A stretch of 43,763 nucleotides of DNA from Octopus sinensis (GCF_006345805.1 NW_021834957.1:1-43763); one strand, 5' to 3'; shown: positions 23,206 through 36,675, counted from the stretch's first letter. Made by a program: numbers and translations. Notes: generated by a model not told the origin, from the letters alone.

Positions 23206-26051
23206 GTCATCTATAAAATGCAGTGTTAAGTAAGGTAGGTTCAAGGGGCCGTTTCAGTCGTCTCCTTCACTATAGAATAAAATTTGATAGGTCAGCTTAT
23301 TATATATTTAGCAATGATATGCTAAAATTACAATGATCTAGAACAGTTTTAATTGTCTCTCTTAAAATAAAAGTCTCAAATCTTCTGAAATGCATCTTGT
23401 ATTTAACAGGAAAATATAATATCGCTAGCTATATGTGTTGATCGAATATAAGCATGTTAGCTGTCTGAGACGGAGGTGTAAATTCAGTCTTTTCTTTATC
23501 ATTTCAATTCCCGTCATTAATTCTGTTAAGAAACGTATGAGTGTTTCAACTTATCGTCTAAATAGTATGGAAGAGAAAATAAGGATCTGAAACCTCTGGA
23601 CAAAGCTCTGACACGTATTTTAATTCTCACTTACAACTACCATGTCTCACACTGATCCCACAACTTTTGTGTAACGGTTTTATATTCTTATTTTCTCGGC
23701 ACAGGGAGATGATATTGTGCCCATGGCTTTCTCAAAAGGATTTGAGACTAAAGTAGAATAAAACGCTTTCAATCGTAAATTGAAACTGCGACGCAATCTC
23801 AGTTTGCCGAAGAATTAACAGCCATTCTATGTCTTTCACAATTGTATGAATAATATTGCCGGAAATTGATTTTGAAATCCTTTTGATCCGAATCTTTATT
23901 CATATTTCTTTCCTCACACAATGTTTCTAAATCGTGACCTAATCCGATTAAATCCCTTATATATTCAACAATAAATACAGTCGAGTTAATAAAATGCATA
24001 TATATTAAAACCGTTATTTAAACTATGATTTCTGTTTCAAATTGATTCCAAAATTTTGTAGAGCAGAAAAATTGTAACAGATTTTCAATTAGTTTATTAA
24101 TATGCAAAAGAGTCTCCATTTTTTATTTAAGAATTTTTGATGTGAATCGAAACCGGTTCGTCTACTCAACGCAGAATCAGCAAACATTATACTCGCCACG
24201 TTAGTGTTTTATTTTTGTTTTGTTTCTTTTTCACATTGAATATATAGACAATATTCAAAGCTCTAATTTATTCAAGTTATTTCTCAACATATCTTTAAAA
24301 TTACATAAGATTCAATGACTTTAAAAAAAGTCTGGCCAGTTAAAATTAATCATAAAACAACGAGATAAATTAGATGTTTTCAAAATAATAATTATGCATT
24401 AATTTAGGGAAATATGAACCCTATCTAAGTCGTGCAGTTTTTCTCAGGCTAAAAAGAGAAAAAAATACATATAAACAAGTTCCCTTGTTTTCTCTCTATT
24501 GCAATGGACAATGATTTAATTTTTTTTTTTTACATGGGAACGCTTTTTTATAAAGGACAAATATGATTCATTTACACAATATTCAGGACCTTATTAATAA
24601 TTTATGAGATCATTCTTTCAATTCTTTTGTCAGCTTTTTTTAGTCGCAATTTATAATACAAATACGATAGCACAATGAAACCTTTCTCTTTTTTTCCTCC
24701 AACAACAAAGAGTTTGACATTTTATCCTTTTGGCTGTTATTCTTTGATTTCTATTTCCATTCTAGTTTTTAAAAAAATATTCTATTTATATTTAAAAACA
24801 CTTCGTTTACAAAATTTCAAATTAGATTTACATTAAAACAAGTTTCTTCACACGATTCTTGGCTTAACTATGAAACCAAATACTGACTTTTTGTTCCGGT
24901 GTATTATCAATTGTTTTCATGCAAATAAGATTATTCTTCGACAATTTCACGATTATCGTACAATTAAACAAATATTGTTAGTTATTTTCTTTCTATACAT
25001 TTATTTTCATATTGTTTTATTTCCCGATTTTTTTTTAATTGACGTTTTTGCTAGCTTTTTTCCCCCTCTCGTTTCTTTTAAAAACTGTCTTAGTATTTGC
25101 CCCGTTAAGGCCGCCAAAAAAAAAAAAAAATGGAGGAACACATAAAAGCAAGAAAAGCAAACAAATAATAAAAATTGCCACATATCTAGCTAGACGAGGA
25201 ATGCAGAGTTGGATCAATTTTTAATTGACATAGTAATGCCATCCTTATCATTAAATGTTATTTTTATCATTCGCTAAAGCTAAAAATATTTTCTTTCTGA
25301 ATATTCATCCCTTTCGTTGTTTTGTATTATAATTATTCTCATTTCTCCCTTTTAATGCTTCCCCCTTTTCAGGGCGGACTTTCTAATCAAGTATCTTCTT
25401 TTATATTAATCAATAAAAGATTTTTTCCTACAATGTAATTCTGCCAACGCAATTTAATGTGATTCTTTCCTAACTGTAATGCAAGCATTCATTCACTTTT
25501 ATAAACATGTTATCTTTCACAGAGTGCAAGAATATTGAATGCAAACGTTTGGGTCTAATTTTGTGCCTTTCCTTTCTGTCTTTATACCACGGCTTCCAAC
25601 AGAACAATCTACCAACTTAGAAATATGAGATCCTGAAAAGGGGGAATGGAAAACAAAATACACAGAAAAAGAATAGGAAAAAAATCATGCATATAGATCA
25701 AAGTTCATTCTCTCTCTCTTTCTTTTGTGTTATGTAGCTTCACTCTCGGGAAAGTAATTCCATACACGTTATCTCATAGCCCCTGTTATTTTCCTTTCTT
25801 TTTGCGAAACTGTAAAGCTTAGCTGCAACAGAGAAAGAAAAAAATGACACCACCGCCTCCCTGCTATCTATGCACATTTTTTTCAATATGATAGGCTGTT
25901 TAGTACATAATTTTATGTAAATGAAAGGCTATCGTTTTCTGGCCTCATCTTGACCAGAGGATATAAAGTTGGTTGTAACGCCCAACGAGGAATAAGAAAT
26001 ATATGTGTGAAATATCTCGTTTAATACGTCAGTGTGTCAGACCTACTCACA

Positions 26052-26284
26052 TCTTTTACTTTTTACTCATTCCAGTCGTTTCACTGCGGCCAAGCTGGAG
26101 CACCACCATCAAGAATTTTAATCGAACGGATTGACCGTACTACGTATTATTTTTTTAATTTTATTTTTTATTTATTTTTTGTAAAGGTCTCTTTTGCCGA
26201 ACTGTTAAGTTACTGGGACGTGCAAATACACTAACACCCGTTGTCAAGGAACAATCATATATATATACATATATATATATATAC

Positions 26285-26373
<89 letters not shown>

Positions 26374-26507
26374 TCGGCGAGCTTTTTCAGTTTCCGTCTG
26401 CCAAATCCACTTACACAGTTTGGGTCGGTCCGGGGGTGTAGTAGGCGACACTTAACTAAGATGCCACATAGTGGGACTAAACCCGGAATCATGCGGTTGA
26501 GAAGCAA
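26052..26507 (-). mobile_element. SINE family A variant, near full length
   Basis: Same modules in the same order; (TA)n block at 26257-26372. Confidence 0.85.
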
Positions 26508-26734
26508 AACATATGATGAGATTTAAACGAGGATTAGTGAGCCATTTTAAAAATGCATTTCGGAATAGTGGAACGTACGTAGGAATTAGATATTTACAAT
26601 TGTGTTAATTTGCCATCATGTATATATAAAGCCATGCCTATAGTTAAAATAGAATCTTTTTAGCTTTTTTAGTATCCACACTATATTTCAATATCACTCA
26701 GGCCTGAACATTACTGCATGTATTATTCTTAGAA

Positions 26735-26855
26735 GCAGGCGAGCCGGCCGAATAGTTAGCACGCCAGACAAAATGCTTAGCAGCATTTCGTCCGTCTTTA
26801 CGTTCTGAGTTCAAATTCCGCCGAGGTCGACTTTGCCGTCCATCCTTTTGATAAA
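26735..26855 (+). mobile_element. SINE family B, 5' half
   Basis: cgttctgagttcaaattccgccgaggtcgactttgcc. Confidence 0.8.
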
Positions 26856-27222
26856 ACTGACTTGGTCACCCCATGTCTTTGATCTTATAGTAGAATGGAC
26901 TCTAAGAAGTGTGCATAGAATTATAAGCAGACATTTGACTTCTAGAGATGCAGCTAAATTTATGTTAAGTCGCACACTAGGGCAATGTGTTTCTCGATAC
27001 ACTTCTCATGAATAAAAGAAAACCTGCAGTGATCACAGTTTGACTACCTTACTTCAGAAGTCTGATACAGAAAGATACAGGGTTCAAACTAGGGTCTTCA
27101 TTTATAAAATACGAGTAATAATGCTCTTCCATACTATGTTACTCATAAATCGGAGAGCCAACAATTCATCTTAGATATTTAGACATGTATGACCAACCTT
27201 ACTGGCTTAATTTGCTCTAGAC

Positions 27223-27513
27223 CAGTGTTTCCCAACACATATTCCCACAGGCCCCACTATAACTTTCCAGAAAATTCTATGCCCCACTCATGGTTGGAAA
27301 AAAATTATTTTGAATATTTTATCACAATATTTTAATACAAAAAAAACTCTACTGGTGACTCTTTTATTTAGTACTGAGTACAAAAGAAGTACATTACTGA
27401 TTAAGAAAAAAGTGAATCATTTTAAATGAGAACCTTGTACCTGACAACTACAGCATCATGTCCCTGCATCAATTTCCCAGGGCCCCCCGGTGGGGCGTGT
27501 GCCCCACGCTGGG
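27223..27513 (+). mobile_element. hAT (Charlie/Buster-type) MITE relic, right TIR eroded
   Basis: Starts cagtgtttcccaac immediately after ctctagac, which fits the NTCTAGAN Buster-type target. Ends gccccacgctggg next to a (CTA)n tract. Confidence 0.5.
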
Positions 27514-27985
27514 CTACTACCATCACCACTAACAACAACAACAACACCATTGCTACTACTACTACCACTACTACTGCTGCTGCTTAATACTATTGCAACT
27601 ACTACTACAACTATTGCACCTACTACTACTACTACTACTACTACAGGTTTTCAGAAATTTGTATCGGATTTGGAACACTAGTTTCGATTTCACTAAAAAT
27701 ATATATTTCTGACTTCTGAACCGAGAGAGATTTCCTAAGAATTGTATATCTGTATGCACATGAATATAGTTTCCGTTCCATCGCTTTTTTTCGTTTGGGA
27801 TTAAATAAATTCAAAAAAATATAATTTTCTGTTGCATAATGTTATTTCAAGGATGATAAATTTCTTAATAAATATTACCTTAGTCAGATAACAAAACATT
27901 GCACGGTTACACTACAGAGAAACACCTGAGCTACCAGCTGTTTATCCGAACAATCCCTCCCCTCTTTCTATCTGTCTGTCTGTCT

Positions 27986-28077
<92 letters not shown>

Positions 28078-28105
28078 ATATATGTATATATGTATATATG
28101 TGTGT

Positions 28106-28160
<55 letters not shown>

Positions 28161-29346
28161 TTTATTTAGCCGAGTCTGTTTTTCTTTGCCTTTGCAAAAG
28201 TGTTTGTCAGTTATTCCGACAATTCTATCACATCGCATTCTTCGTGTTCTATTCTCCGTTGGTTTCATTACTTTTTGCCTTATATTTCTCCCCCACACCC
28301 CACTTAAAACACCTGCATCGTGATTATACTCCATCAGTTGTTTTCTTTTCCTTTCTTTTCTTTCATTCTTTCCTTGCTATACACCTCTCAAAACTTAAAA
28401 GTACGACATTCACAAAATTTTAGTTTATCCAACATGTGCTAAACAACTCCATGTACATCAATACACAAACTAAAACACTTCATTTTTTTTCTTTAACTAT
28501 TTCGTCGCACACGTGTCCAAGAGCTAGAAGGAAAAAAAAAACATAAAATGAAATCTTTTTTTTCTGTTTTATCTGGGGGTTTTTATCTATTATTTTTTCT
28601 TCCTTTTCACTCCAAATCACTCATCACTATTTAATCTCCTTCGACTGATTCATGTCTTTACTGGATTATCAACCTTTCTGTCACACATAATCGTTTTAAC
28701 AATCGGATTTAATTTCAGCGCTCTATTGAAAAACAAATTCCTCCATTTTATGCTTTATATTATTTAGCGTTTGATGAAATATCGGCAATTTCTTTGCTTC
28801 ATTACATTTTAATAAATATTACAACAAATCTGTTTGCCAGCAAGTACACTTCCAATATCTTCCCAATTTCACCACCACCCTATTTTAATCAGCATTCTAT
28901 TATATCCATCTGTACTTAGAAAACCAACATACAATTTTTTCTTATTCATCGATTTGTATTCGTTAAAGGGCTGTCATACACCAATCTCATTTTACATACT
29001 AAACAGAAAATATTTGGAAAAATAAAATAAGATAAAATAATAAAAGTCTTTGTTGAACTTTCAGAAACATTTCCATTCTGTAATTTCTCAACAATCATGT
29101 GACTGAAAACAAAACAAGAAAAAAACAAACTAAATTTGTTTACTCTTTTGATCAAAATCAATTTAGTCATTGAAGATAGTAATCGAACATATAAAACAAT
29201 GTAATCAATATAAACAGCAGTGAGTATGTGTGGAATGTGTGTGTGGTGAGTGCATATATGTGTATGTGTGTGTTCTGTGGTGTACACTGGGATTATCCCA
29301 GATACTGTCAGGGAATATAAATTGATAGAGATTGTAAGGAATCTTG

Positions 29347-29763
29347 GGATCTTTTCGGTTTGAACGGCAGTTTTTTCTAGCGGTGTCATGTGAAATTGTC
29401 ACCCATAATTATGACCCTAGAATCGATCTATTGCATTTCAATCTCTTTTAGGGTTAGGGTTAGGGGTGGGGTAAAGGTATCTTTTTTTTCTTCACAAATG
29501 TAAATAATCCCAATCTGTTTCTTAAACGAGGGACATATTCATACGGCACAGAATGCTTTTTAACTCAATAGACGTAACTGATTGGTTGAAATTGCAGAAA
29601 TTGAAGAAAAAAAACAACAAATATCTTACAAACTATAGAATTTTCTCCATAAAGCCAAGAGAAAAAGATGTTTTATAAACACATTCTGCCAGTATACGAA
29701 GTTTAAAATTTTTTAGTTACCTAGAAATTATGTTAAAAACTGCCATTCAAACCGAAAAGATCC
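29347..29763 (+). mobile_element. ~417-bp MITE copy 1 (GG-initiated ~28-bp TIRs, 8-bp TSD; Merlin-like by inference)
   Basis: Ends are ggatcttttcggtttgaacggcagtttt / aaaactgccattcaaaccgaaaagatcc. TSD gaatcttg at 29339-29346 and 29764-29771. Internal (TTAGGG)n. Confidence 0.9.
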
Positions 29764-29848
29764 GAATCTTGTCAGATGAATTGTCTCTTCTTGGCTCATA
29801 GAGTTAATACGCTGCCCGGTTTAACACCATCTTCTTGTTCAAAGATAT

Positions 29849-30160
29849 GAAAGCGCGTGGCATAGTGATTATATTCGATTCACAATTGTAAGGCCATTAG
29901 TTCGATTCCCAGCAGCGCGTTGAGTCCTTGAGCAAGACATATTTCTCCTTCCTTCAATTCACTCAGTTGGCAAAAATGAGTAGTACCTGTATTTTAAGGG
30001 GCCAAATTTGTCACATTCTGTGTCACGCTGAATCTCCATAAGAACTACGTTAAGCGTAAGCGCGTCTGTTAAGTGCTCAGCCACACTCACGTTGACTTCC
30101 CGAGCTGGCTGTACTGGTGATCAGATCACTGAAATCCGTATCTTCGCAACCGACGGAGTG
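29849..30160 (+). mobile_element. tRNA-derived SINE, head D + tail X
   Basis: Box A/B-like head (tggcatagtga; agttcgattcc), CORE-like ccttgagcaagac, and tail shared with 7402-7786. 14-bp TSD ttgttcaaagatat at 29835-29848 and 30605-30618. Confidence 0.85.
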
Positions 30161-30167
30161 CCAGTTG

Positions 30168-30599
30168 GGATCTTTTCGTTTTGAACGGCAGTTTTTAACA
30201 TAATTTCTAGGTAACTAAAAATGTTAAACTTCGTATACTGGTAGAATGTTTTTATAAAACATCTTTTTATCTTGGCTTTATTGAGAAAATTCTATAGTTT
30301 GTAAGATATTTGTGGGTTTTTTTTCTTCCATTTCTGCAATTTCAACCAATCAAATACGTCCATTGAGTTAAAAAAACATTCTGTGCCGTATGAATATGTC
30401 CCTCGTTTAAGAAACAGATTGGGTTTATTTACATTTGTGAAGAAAAAAGATACCCTTACCCCCACCCTTAACCCTAGCCCTAACCCTAACCCTAACTAAC
30501 CCTAACCCTAAAACAGATTGAAATGCAATAGATCGATAATTATGGGTGACAATTTCATGACACCGCTAGAAAAAACTGCCGTTCAAACCGAAAAGGTCC
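30168..30599 (-). mobile_element. MITE copy 2, inverted relative to copy 1
   Basis: Reverse complement of 29347-29763 over its whole length. TSD gccagttg at 30160-30167 and 30600-30607. Longer (CCCTAA)n tract at ~30465-30512. Confidence 0.9.
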
Positions 30600-30963
30600 G
30601 CCAGTTGTTCAAAGATATCTTTAGTTAAATTTATTCCGTTGCAAGCGTACGGGCTATGTCTACAGATGGAGATAAACCCGATATATTCATCCGCTATTTA
30701 CTACAAAATCAACAAGTGTATCCCCCCCTTCTTTTGGCCCCTTCCTTCCTATAGGGAGAGAGAAATTAGTGCAGCTGTTTGAACCGATTGGTTCAGCCTG
30801 TTTTGTTGACATTACAGTTTTGGTGCAGGGAGCACAAATGGACGCATAAACACGCTTGCACAGAAATATACATATTCAGATAGAATGAGACACAGAGAGA
30901 TTATTAACCATCAATTCAAAACGATTGACATAAACTCTTTACCTCTCTTCATATATACTCTCT

Positions 30964-31472
<509 letters not shown>

Positions 31473-31514
31473 ATATAAAGCGAAATATGCTCACACGCGT
31501 AAAGAAAGAAAACA

Positions 31515-32103
31515 TTGGTTTTGAATTTTGGCACAAGGCCAGCAACTTCAGGGGAGGGCTCTAGACGACTACATCGAACTCGGTACTCCACTGGTACTTA
31601 TTTTCTTGACCCAAGAAATGATTAAAAGCAAAGTCGACCTCGGCGGAATTTGAACTCAGAACGTAAAGACAGGCGAAATGCTACTAAACGTTTTCCCCAG
31701 CGTGCTAACGATTCTTATTTCTTTACTACCCACAATGGGCTAAACATAGAGGGGACAAACAAGGACAGACAAATGGATTAAGTCGAGTACATCGACCCCA
31801 GTGCGTAACTGGTACTTACTTTATCGACCCCGGCGGAATTTGAACTCAGAATGTAGCGGCAGAGGAAATACCTATTTCTTTACTACCCACAAGGGGCTAA
31901 ACACAGAGAGGACAAACAAGGATAGACAAACGGATTAAGTCGATTATATCGACCCCAGTGCGTAACTGGTACTTATTTAATCGACCCCGAAAGGATGAAG
32001 GGCAAAGTTGACTTCGGCGGAATTTGAACTCAGAACGTAGCGGCAGACGAAATACCGCTAAGCATTTCGCCCCGCATGCTAACGTTTCTGCCAGCTCGTC
32101 GCC
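31515..32103 (-). mobile_element. Head-to-tail trimer of family B SINEs
   Basis: Units 32103-31873 (complete), 31872-31716 (headless, internal deletion) and 31715-31515 (alternative tail). ggcggaatttgaactcagaa occurs three times. Confidence 0.88.
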
Positions 32104-32367
32104 TTCAGAGTGCAACGCACCAACGATTCAATCAATCCGTCGCCTTCTTTTGCAATGTTATATAACTAAGAAATTTTATAACTGGACAATATATAAGATA
32201 ATTAACTCACTAATTTCAGTGATCGTTAGCTATATAGCTGAAAATTAAAAGATGTGCGTTTGAATCCAAGCAAAACCGACGTTAGGTTTCATTTTTTCGA
32301 ATCTAATAAAATATCACCTATGAATGGTAGATTCTCAATCGACCTCTACGATCAATCGATCGATCGA

Positions 32368-32368
32368 G

Positions 32369-32451
<83 letters not shown>

Positions 32452-32458
32452 TAGATAT

Positions 32459-32518
<60 letters not shown>

Positions 32519-32600
32519 GAGACAGACAGACCGATAAATACATATAGAGAGGAAATAGAAACAGACAGATAGATAGATACATAGAGAGAAAGAGAGAGAA
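32368..32600. repeat. (GATA)n/(GACA)n tetranucleotide array
   Basis: Direct reading. Confidence 0.97.
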
Positions 32601-33083
32601 AGATAGTTTTGACTAAAAAAGAACAGGTGTTCGGTCGGGTCAGTAGAATATCACATGGATACAGGCCAAAGTTTCAATAATTGAGGTCAGGTTATCTGGG
32701 TGAAGGAGTGTGCTGTAAGAAAGATTAAGAACCGTACACTTAGTGACTCCCAAGATACAGCAGTGAAGATGTGTCCATATATTGCATCTGAGGATTTATT
32801 TGTACAAATGTACGTGCGTGCGTGTGAATGTCTGTGTATGTAGATATGTGCCTGTTCATGTTGTGCGACTTTTAAAGTATATGTTTATAATTTATGCTCA
32901 TATCATTATTGCATAGACAATAGGTGGTGGGAGAGTTAGAGAACGAAGAGAAATATACAAGAGAATGTAAAGTTATTCACAATAGCGAAAAGAAAAGGGA
33001 AAAAACGGGGTAGGAGAAGGAACGAAATGGGTTTCCATTGGAAATATAAAACATGCGTTTCTATGCACTAGAGTATATAAGAG

Positions 33084-33131
33084 ATACCGCCATGCTGAAA
33101 ATAGCAGTCAAGATCTGACTCTAAAACCACA
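33084..33131. repeat. Short dispersed repeat, partner 43706-43750
   Basis: atacc(g/a)ccatgctgaaaatagcag..gatctgactctaaaaccac at both sites; family not identified. Confidence 0.8.
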
Positions 33132-33202
33132 TTCAATGCCCATACAGCACAAGGAGAGAAGACAAAAAGGCAAAATAAAACTAGTAAAAAATTACTGGAT
33201 AA

Positions 33203-33259
33203 TTCCAGATGCCGGATTTCTTGCTTTGCATTTAGAAATGCTTTGCCTCATCAGTGGAA
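33203..33259 (-). ncRNA. Minimal type-I hammerhead ribozyme motif, probably degenerate
   Basis: Minus strand: UUCCA-CUGAUGA-GGC(AAA-GCAUUU-CU-AAAUGC-AAA)GCAA-GAAA-U-CCGGC-AUC-UGGAA. Helix I is uucca/uggaa, both core motifs are present, the triplet is AUC and loop III is palindromic (CCGG). The helix II closing pair is mismatched. Confidence 0.6.
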
Positions 33260-33445
33260 TATACGTAGAGAGTAACATAAATGCACATATATAAACATAC
33301 AACATACGAATACTTACATATACGAACGTATACATACATATATATGCACGTATGCAACATGACTAGTTTAAAATTGCCCGCTTCGTAACTCCATCACCAC
33401 AGTAAATACAGTAAATACAGTAAATTAAATTAGCGATCTTGTCCT

Positions 33446-33494
<49 letters not shown>

Positions 33495-33615
33495 ATTCAC
33501 ACACACGCCACGCATATTCAAATACATACACGCATGCATGTGAACGTAAAGGTACAAAAAATGTGGACAATACACTAATCGAATAAGGCACGTAATGTAA
33601 ACTATGATGTTTCCA

Positions 33616-33940
33616 TCAACTGCATGAAATTCTGCATAACAAGGCAAGGTTTTTTAGGATTTTTGCCTTTTCTGCCAAGCAAAGCTTGCATTGCTTGTTC
33701 CCGTTCATATAAGGTCCCGGTTGTTCAAGGAACGTCAATCTAATCATATATAGGGTTCCTTTGTCTTTTAAGCGTCGCACGTGGCTGGCTAGGGACGTGA
33801 TGTTGCGCTGTTCCGCTATCCTAAAAGAAGACTTGTGGTCGTTGAAACGTTGCTTAAACGAGGGCGCGGTTGAATCGACATATTTTCGCGCCTGTGTATT
33901 GCATGTGCTACCACAGCCGAAGCTGATGTCGTTGTTGTTG
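33616..33940 (-). mobile_element. PLE GIY-YIG endonuclease fragment (3' part of a second PLE)
   Basis: KYVDSTAPSFKQRFNDHKSSFR..TSLASHVRRLKDKG..CKLCLAEKAKIL in ORF 33616..34146; same motif set as the EN of the 15-kb element. Confidence 0.85.
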
Positions 33941-34715
33941 TTACTAGTAAGGACAATGGTTGTCCACTCGTGACCGAGAAATAACTTCACTGACCATTGC
34001 CCATCCATAAAGCCAGCAATACCCGAGCATGGAGTTAATGCATCAACAATCGGTTTCACCCTGGTTCGCACCGGCAGTTTCCTTGCACGCACAGTCGCCT
34101 TCCTGCTTGAGCGGGTGTCTGATATGTGCAACGCCGGCAATTGCACAAACTAAAATTTTAGGTTCAATAAGGCTTCCACAACAACCTACAGACCCTCTCC
34201 ACACTACTGACATAATCCAGAGACAAGTTAGGACAAGATATCCAGTGCCAATATTGGTCGCAGACTCAGGAATGTGAGGATGCTATTATCGCATATGGTA
34301 GCAAAAGATCCCGAAAATCTTCAATATCATTCTCTGTATATCTGGTTTTATATCAGGATGACTTTCTCCAGCAGACATACTTTAAGAGAAGCTGAGTGGT
34401 ACCTCACTCCCAGTAGTTTTCCAGCTGCCCGAATTTCTGATGGTCTGCGAAGTTACTAGATTGTCGTCGAACCTGCGCTAGCTTCACCCGTCCTCTTGAC
34501 AGGTTTTGTTTTTAGTCCTGTTGGGTTTCTAGCAATCCTCCTCACCAGGCAATCCTAGTAACGTGCAGAATTAGTCGCCGTCTAACCGAACATGCAGCAG
34601 ATTGTACAGGATTCCGTGTCACCAGTAGCGCCCATGAGAGACCTCACAAGAGACATCACCCTCTAAACACATACAGACACGTATCTATCTCTCTGTCTCT
34701 TTCTTTCTCTCTCAC

Positions 34716-34806
<91 letters not shown>

Positions 34807-34952
34807 ACGTACCTATTTATGCATTTATGTATAGGGAGAGAGAGGAGAAAAGATAGATAGATAGATAGACAGACAGATAGACTGAAAGAAAGAGTGTATG
34901 TGTGTGTATACATACATACATACATAAACACACACACACACATACACACACG

Positions 34953-35017
<65 letters not shown>

Positions 35018-35967
35018 GCATACCTACACGCCCAATCACACGCACTGCAATACACGCTTGAGAATAGAAAGTGGCTACGGCGAATGGCAAGCGAAATATT
35101 TGGCATGATGTCTAAGCCACATGTGTCTTGTCTATATTTACATATGTCAGAACACCAATTAGTTAGCACCTATTTTGCTATTTTTATATAGACACATAGA
35201 TAGATTGAGGGATAGAAACATATGCATAGGGAATGTATTGGGGAACCCACTTTGATTTATTGTCGATATATTTACAAAAGGTAATTACAGTAAGTTTTCC
35301 CAAAGGTTTATTTTAAAACTAATCTCGTCTGAGTATATTGTCGTTTATGAATTTCTGTATCATATTATCACGCGCGCGCGCACGCACATACACATACGGA
35401 CATATATAGCTCCCTTAGATGTTCTTGGAAAGGGAAACACTAGGCATATATATATAACGGTGGCGGGGTGCGTTCGCGTGTGTGTACACACGTATACATA
35501 TTTATATATAGGCATCTATCGATCTATATCTATATCTATAAATTAACGAACATATATATAAACATATATACGTATACATAAATACATATATACATGCATA
35601 TATGCATATATATATTGAGAGAGAGAAAGAGAGAGAGGGAGATAGACTGAGAGAGAAAGAGAGAGAGAGACATACAAATAGAGATACATAGATATACACG
35701 CATACATGCACACACTCAGTCAGACATCAAACTGAAACACAGACACAGACATGCATACACACACACATACACACATACACACAAATATAGAACGATAGAT
35801 ATATAGATAGACAGATAGAGAGAGAGAGTAGGGAAACACACGCATCAAACATTGAAACTTTTTCGCGTATGTGTATACTTCTATATGTAACGCTAAAATA
35901 TGTAAGAGAACCTTGGTTCAAGCATACGTAAGTATGTGAATATATACCCTATTGATATATATATATT

Positions 35968-36000
<33 letters not shown>

Positions 36001-36338
36001 TTGTATGTGTATGTGTGTGTGTGTGTGTCGATTTTGATAGTGTGTATATTTGATAGCGTCCATAAATCTTTTTATCTGGTGATTTCGGAATTTATTCATA
36101 TTTCATCGTATTTCTATTTTGATATATATTATTTAAATAATTATGTGCAAATGAGATATTTAATGCAGATCTGTTGGCACTTTCTCCATTTTGCACTGTC
36201 TCGTTCACATTTTTACACACACACTCTCTCTCTCTCTCTTTACTCCCTGCTTTATACACTCATAGACACACGTACATACTGTACATATACACACACACAC
36301 ACACACACACATATATATCTATATATATATATAAATAT

Positions 36339-36603
36339 AATAATAAAATAAATGCGCACTTTTGAAGCCTAGCCAAGCTCATGGGCCCGGTTTCCCGGGT
36401 TCTATGGTGTATGTGATCCCCAGCTGCACGGGACGCCAGTCCATCGCAGCGTTACTCATTTTTGCCAGCTGAGTGGACTGGAGCAACGTGAAATGAAGTG
36501 ATTTTGCTCAAGAGCACAACGCATCGCCCGGTCTAGGAATCGAAACCACAATCTTACGATTATGATGCTGACACCCTAATCACTAAGCCACGCGCATCCA
36601 CAA
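36339..36603 (-). mobile_element. tRNA-derived SINE, head D + tail Y
   Basis: Colinear with 6922-7184; flanked by tatatatataaat on both sides. Confidence 0.9.
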
Positions 36604-36626
36604 GTATATATATAAATGTGTGTGTG

Positions 36627-36675
<49 letters not shown>

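Noticed and set aside
30620-30900. Possible promoter or enhancer (CCAAT-like ccgattgg, small hairpin)
   Set aside because: Short motifs are expected by chance, and there is no linked gene start.
31515-32103. CRISPR-like or other regularly interspaced array
   Set aside because: The repeats are SINE monomers with homologous, not unique, intervening sequence; the context is eukaryotic.
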